A stretch of 62,493 nt of DNA, the filler included, from Dimorphilus gyrociliatus (lineage: Eukaryota; Animalia; Annelida): assembly GCA_904063045.1 (NCBI GenBank). It is 5 parts of 5 records of this genome, joined end to end, with 100 filler letters (N's around TTAATTAATTAA, not from the genome) between each part and the next. Parts side by side here need not be neighbours in the genome. Positions count along the whole stretch, not along the records: positions 53,026 to 61,006 come from CAJFCJ010000100.1; positions 61,107 to 62,493 come from CAJFCJ010000270.1; 3 more parts are not named here. One strand, 5' to 3'. The translations under genes and the position numbers were made by a program. This document shows positions 59,135 through 62,493 of this stretch, in pieces. Every line of letters begins with the position of its first letter. Position 1 is the stretch's first letter. The notes under the pieces were generated by a model. That model saw nothing but the letters and a program-made list of their open reading frames with translations, had not been told where the DNA came from and did not search any database.

Positions 59135-61006
59135 ATGTATTCAACAATTCAAATCATCATTCTTCTTATATTCCTTTCTTTTATTTGTTCCACTTTTCAA
59201 AATGATATGAAAATTTGTCAACATTTTCCAAATGTTTACTACAAAACTTCTCTAATTGGCGAACCTAGTGACAATTTAAAATGTTTAAGAATAGCTAAAG
59301 CTATCAGGAAACCGGCTTCAAAGAGTCCATTTTCGTCCCGTATTGCTCCTATTTTGATGCAAAACATCCTTACGAATATTTTAAATTGTTCATCGAATAC
59401 AAAGTTCAAAAATTTAGCTGCAAACTGTTTAACAGAAAGAGAAAAGATACTAACAGAATTGGAAAATGGAGAGACGTGGGCCTATAAATGTTAGTAATCA
59501 TCTATTCTATTCTTATTGTAATCATATATTATAAATAATGACAACTAGTTGAGGATTCTCATGGAATTGACTTATCAGGAACTGCAGTAGGAAGAAAGCA
59601 ATCGTATGGGGAATACGATCAATGTAAAAGTATTTCCGCAAATGTAAAGATTAATGGAGTTGATGAAAAATGGGAAGGATCCTATGCTAGAATATCTTTT
59701 ATGGGACTAAGGCCAGATATCTTTATCCCAGATTCATTTATAATAGCATTTTGTGTCGCTCCAAATTGTAGGGAATTTATGGAGAATGTCAAAGATTGTA
59801 AATTTACTTTCTTAATTCTCTTAAAAATTCTAATTAAATGAATATTTTTAGTTAGAATTTTAAATGAAAATTGTTCAGTAATTGTTGGAGAAGGAGATTT
59901 AAAAGTTGAAAAAAAATTAGTACCACTTAAATCCGATAAATCATCAATTGGAGGAATGTAAACGTCTCTTTTTTTCCTTATCATTTCTCTGATAGACTCC
60001 TAAAATATCCCTTTTATCGTTTTAGCGTATTCTTTTCAATATTTGGATTTTTCATGGCAGTTGGAAGTATCTTGGATTATTATATTAGTTTCTATAACAA
60101 AGGAAATAGAAATTGGGCAAAAGGTTTTTTTCTATTTCTTCTATTTACATTAAAGTTTTTATTCTTCATTCTTCTTTTCATAGGAAATGTTGCAAGATTC
60201 TTTTTACCATTTTCCTTGTATACAAACATTCCAAAACTACTCAAAGGTAGACATTCACCTGGAAGTTTTACAGCAATTCATGGTGTGAGGGCAATAACTG
60301 TTTCATGGATTGTACTAACACATGTCTATTTGATTTATCCACAAATTGGAAGTGAGTAGTTTTCTCAATTGTTACAATTCGTCTATTCATTCAAGTAAAA
60401 AAATCACGTGATTAAATAAATATAGCTGATATAAATCGATTTGGCGATATGATGAGAACGTTTACCTTCCAAGCTGTTGTTAATGGACAAATGGGTGTTG
60501 ATACATTTCTCGTTTTAAGTGGTTTCCTATCAGTTCATGCTTTTATTAGAGACATGAAAAAGACAAACAACAATTTACCAATAAAGAAGATAATTAATCA
60601 TTTTGTTCATAGATTTTGGAGAATATTACCAATGTATGCAGCTGTCATATGTTTTTATTCAACATTCTATGAAAGAATTAGGCAAGGACCTCGTAACATG
60701 GTTATGAAGGATATTCATTTTTGTAAAAAGTACTGGTGGAGAAATATTCTTTTCATCAATAATCTCTTTCCTTTCAACGATATAGTAAGTTTTTCCTAGT
60801 GACATTTTGTCCAACTTAGTAATAATACTAATTATTATTCAAGTGTATGGGACATACATGGTATTTAGGTGTAGATATGCAATTGTATGTTGTTGCTGCA
60901 TTTGGCCTATTTCTCTATGTAATGTAAGTTTTAAAAAGAATGAATTTTCTTTTTGTTTTTTATTTTCCCTAATCTAAAAATAGAATTATTATTTAGACGT
61001 CCAATT
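59135..61006 (+). CDS. NRF-6-like (NRF domain plus acyltransferase-3), multi-exon, 3' truncated
   Basis: Signal peptide, GETWAYK, YGEYDQC, IHGVRAITVSWIVLTH, VDTFLVLSGFL, HRFWRILPMY, WWRNILFINN, HTWYLGVDMQLY. Confidence 0.9.
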
Positions 61007-61106
61007 NNNNNNNNNNNNNNNNNNNNNNNNNNNNNNNNNNNNNNNNNNNNTTAATTAATTAANNNNNNNNNNNNNNNNNNNNNNNNNNNNNNNNNNNNNN
61101 NNNNNN
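61007..61106. other. Artificial gap/linker
   Basis: N44-TTAATTAATTAA-N44. Confidence 0.97.
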
Positions 61107-61731
61107 TGATAGCTGTAAGGAAAAACAAAAAGACTATGTTAGAAGTTATCGTGAGATGGAACCACAAAATGAAGATAAAAACTTCATTTTCATAGATGAA
61201 GTGGGATTTTCTGTGGTCACAAGAACAAAAAAAGGGTGGGCAAAAAATGACCAATCGCCTATGATGACGGTTCCTTCTGCAAGAAGCAGAGGGATTTCTA
61301 TTCTTGGTGCCATGAATAAGTATGGTGCGATTTATCACAAGATTTATGAAAGATCTGTAAAAGGGGAAGATTTCAAAGGGTGTATTTTGGAAACTGAAGC
61401 AGCATGTGTAAGAAAAGAAGTTGACCCTCCTCTTTTTATAATGGATAATGCTCGAATCCATCATTATAGGGGACTAAAGGACGAAATAAGTAGAAGAAAT
61501 CTGGCTATAAAATACCTTCCTCCGTATTCACCGTTTTTTAATCCTATAGAGAACATTTTTTCTGCTTGGAAGAATTTAGTAAAAAAAGATAAGCCAGCGA
61601 GTGAATCACAGCTACGAGACTCTATAAACAAATCTTTCGATAAAATACTACCAACTCATTGTGACTCATTCTACAGGAAAATGATAGGTGTAATAGTAAA
61701 AATAGAAAATGATGAAAGAATTCTTAATTAA
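61107..61731 (+). mobile_element. IS630/Tc1-superfamily DDE transposase, catalytic domain, DD34E (5' truncated)
   Basis: FIDEVGF, MDNARIHH, YLPPYSPFFNPIE; 34 residues between second D and E. Confidence 0.9.
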
Positions 61732-61988
61732 AAATTATAAGTTTTTGATTATTTTTAAAATTTTATCTAATTTTATTTTAATTCGACGTATAAATGAACT
61801 TCCAATTTTATCTCAAGTTGATCGATCCCCCCCTATATATAGTTTTCTCTAAGTTGTTATGGCTCTGTATAAATAACTGTACTTTAAAGCAAATTATAGG
61901 CCTTACAAATATAGATAAAAAACGTTATATAAATACATGAAAAGGGGATTTCCATTAGCAGAGAAGTTCTATTTTAGAAAATTTTGAG

Positions 61989-62320
61989 AAATTGGAGGTG
62001 AAAATATAGAAATCGAAGTCGATGTATCTAAACCTGGGGAAATACAGAAAAGGTCGTTTTATAGAAGGTGTTTAAATAATTGGCAGTTTTCAAAGAACAC
62101 TAGCTCCTAGAATTATACCATTTCCTGTTATAAACAAGATAACTCCACTATGAATAATATTCTTCAAACATACGTTAAAGATAGTTCAATTATGAATAGT
62201 GATATTTAGAAAGCATATTCTGGTATAAACTTTACCTGAAGTATCTAAAAGTTAAATATACAACTAATTACAAATATTGGTAAAAGGTCGTATCGAGGGT
62301 AACTATAGAGAAATTAAGTA
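61989..62320 (+). pseudogene. Merlin/IS1595 (ISXO2-like) transposase relic
   Basis: Hand translation with stops and shifts: IGGENIEIEVDVSK..KYRKGRFIEGV*IIG..IMNSDI*KAY..IEGNYREIK. Confidence 0.7.
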
Positions 62321-62493
62321 AATAGTACCTAACGGGATGGAAACGATGACTGATATCCCCCATGTTTAACTAAATTTTTATAATAAAAATGTGGTTTCCT
62401 GTTGATTATTTTAAAATTTTTATAAATCTCGTCTAAATTATTTATTTTTTTAATATGCTCTGAAGGTCTGCATAGGAATTGTATTTTGGACAA

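Overview
AT-rich animal DNA with short introns. The gene content (GRL101-like receptor, NRF-6-like gene, VWD mucins, NLR-type LRR) suggests a compact-genome lophotrochozoan (inference). Four identical 100-bp N44-TTAATTAATTAA-N44 linkers split the window into five segments, so adjacency across them is not evidence of linkage. Segment 1 (1-23517) holds a young Ty3/Gypsy element on the minus strand. Its pol continues past integrase into a second aspartic protease, an acidic spacer, a signal peptide and a class III (herpes gB / rhabdovirus G-like) envelope protein. It is followed by a ~13.5-kb array of co-oriented, paralogous transcription units with SGNH-esterase-like ORFs, one fused to a Penelope-like RT with an eroded GIY-YIG domain. 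Segment 2 (23618-35097) has an uncharacterised repeat protein gene, a decayed NLR-like LRR, a Death-TIR ORF and a second, near-identical insertion of the same Gypsy family. Segment 3 (35198-52925) has two tandem giant VWD/TSP1/cystine-knot mucin-like genes with (TTTG)n tracts and near-exact exon-pair duplications. Segment 4 has GRL101-like GPCR, PAN-domain and NRF-6-like genes and a Tc1 relic. Segment 5 has an IS630/Tc1 DD34E transposase and a Merlin relic. Many single-base frameshifts lie in homopolymers and may be assembly errors. All domain calls are by-eye motif recognition; no database search was run.
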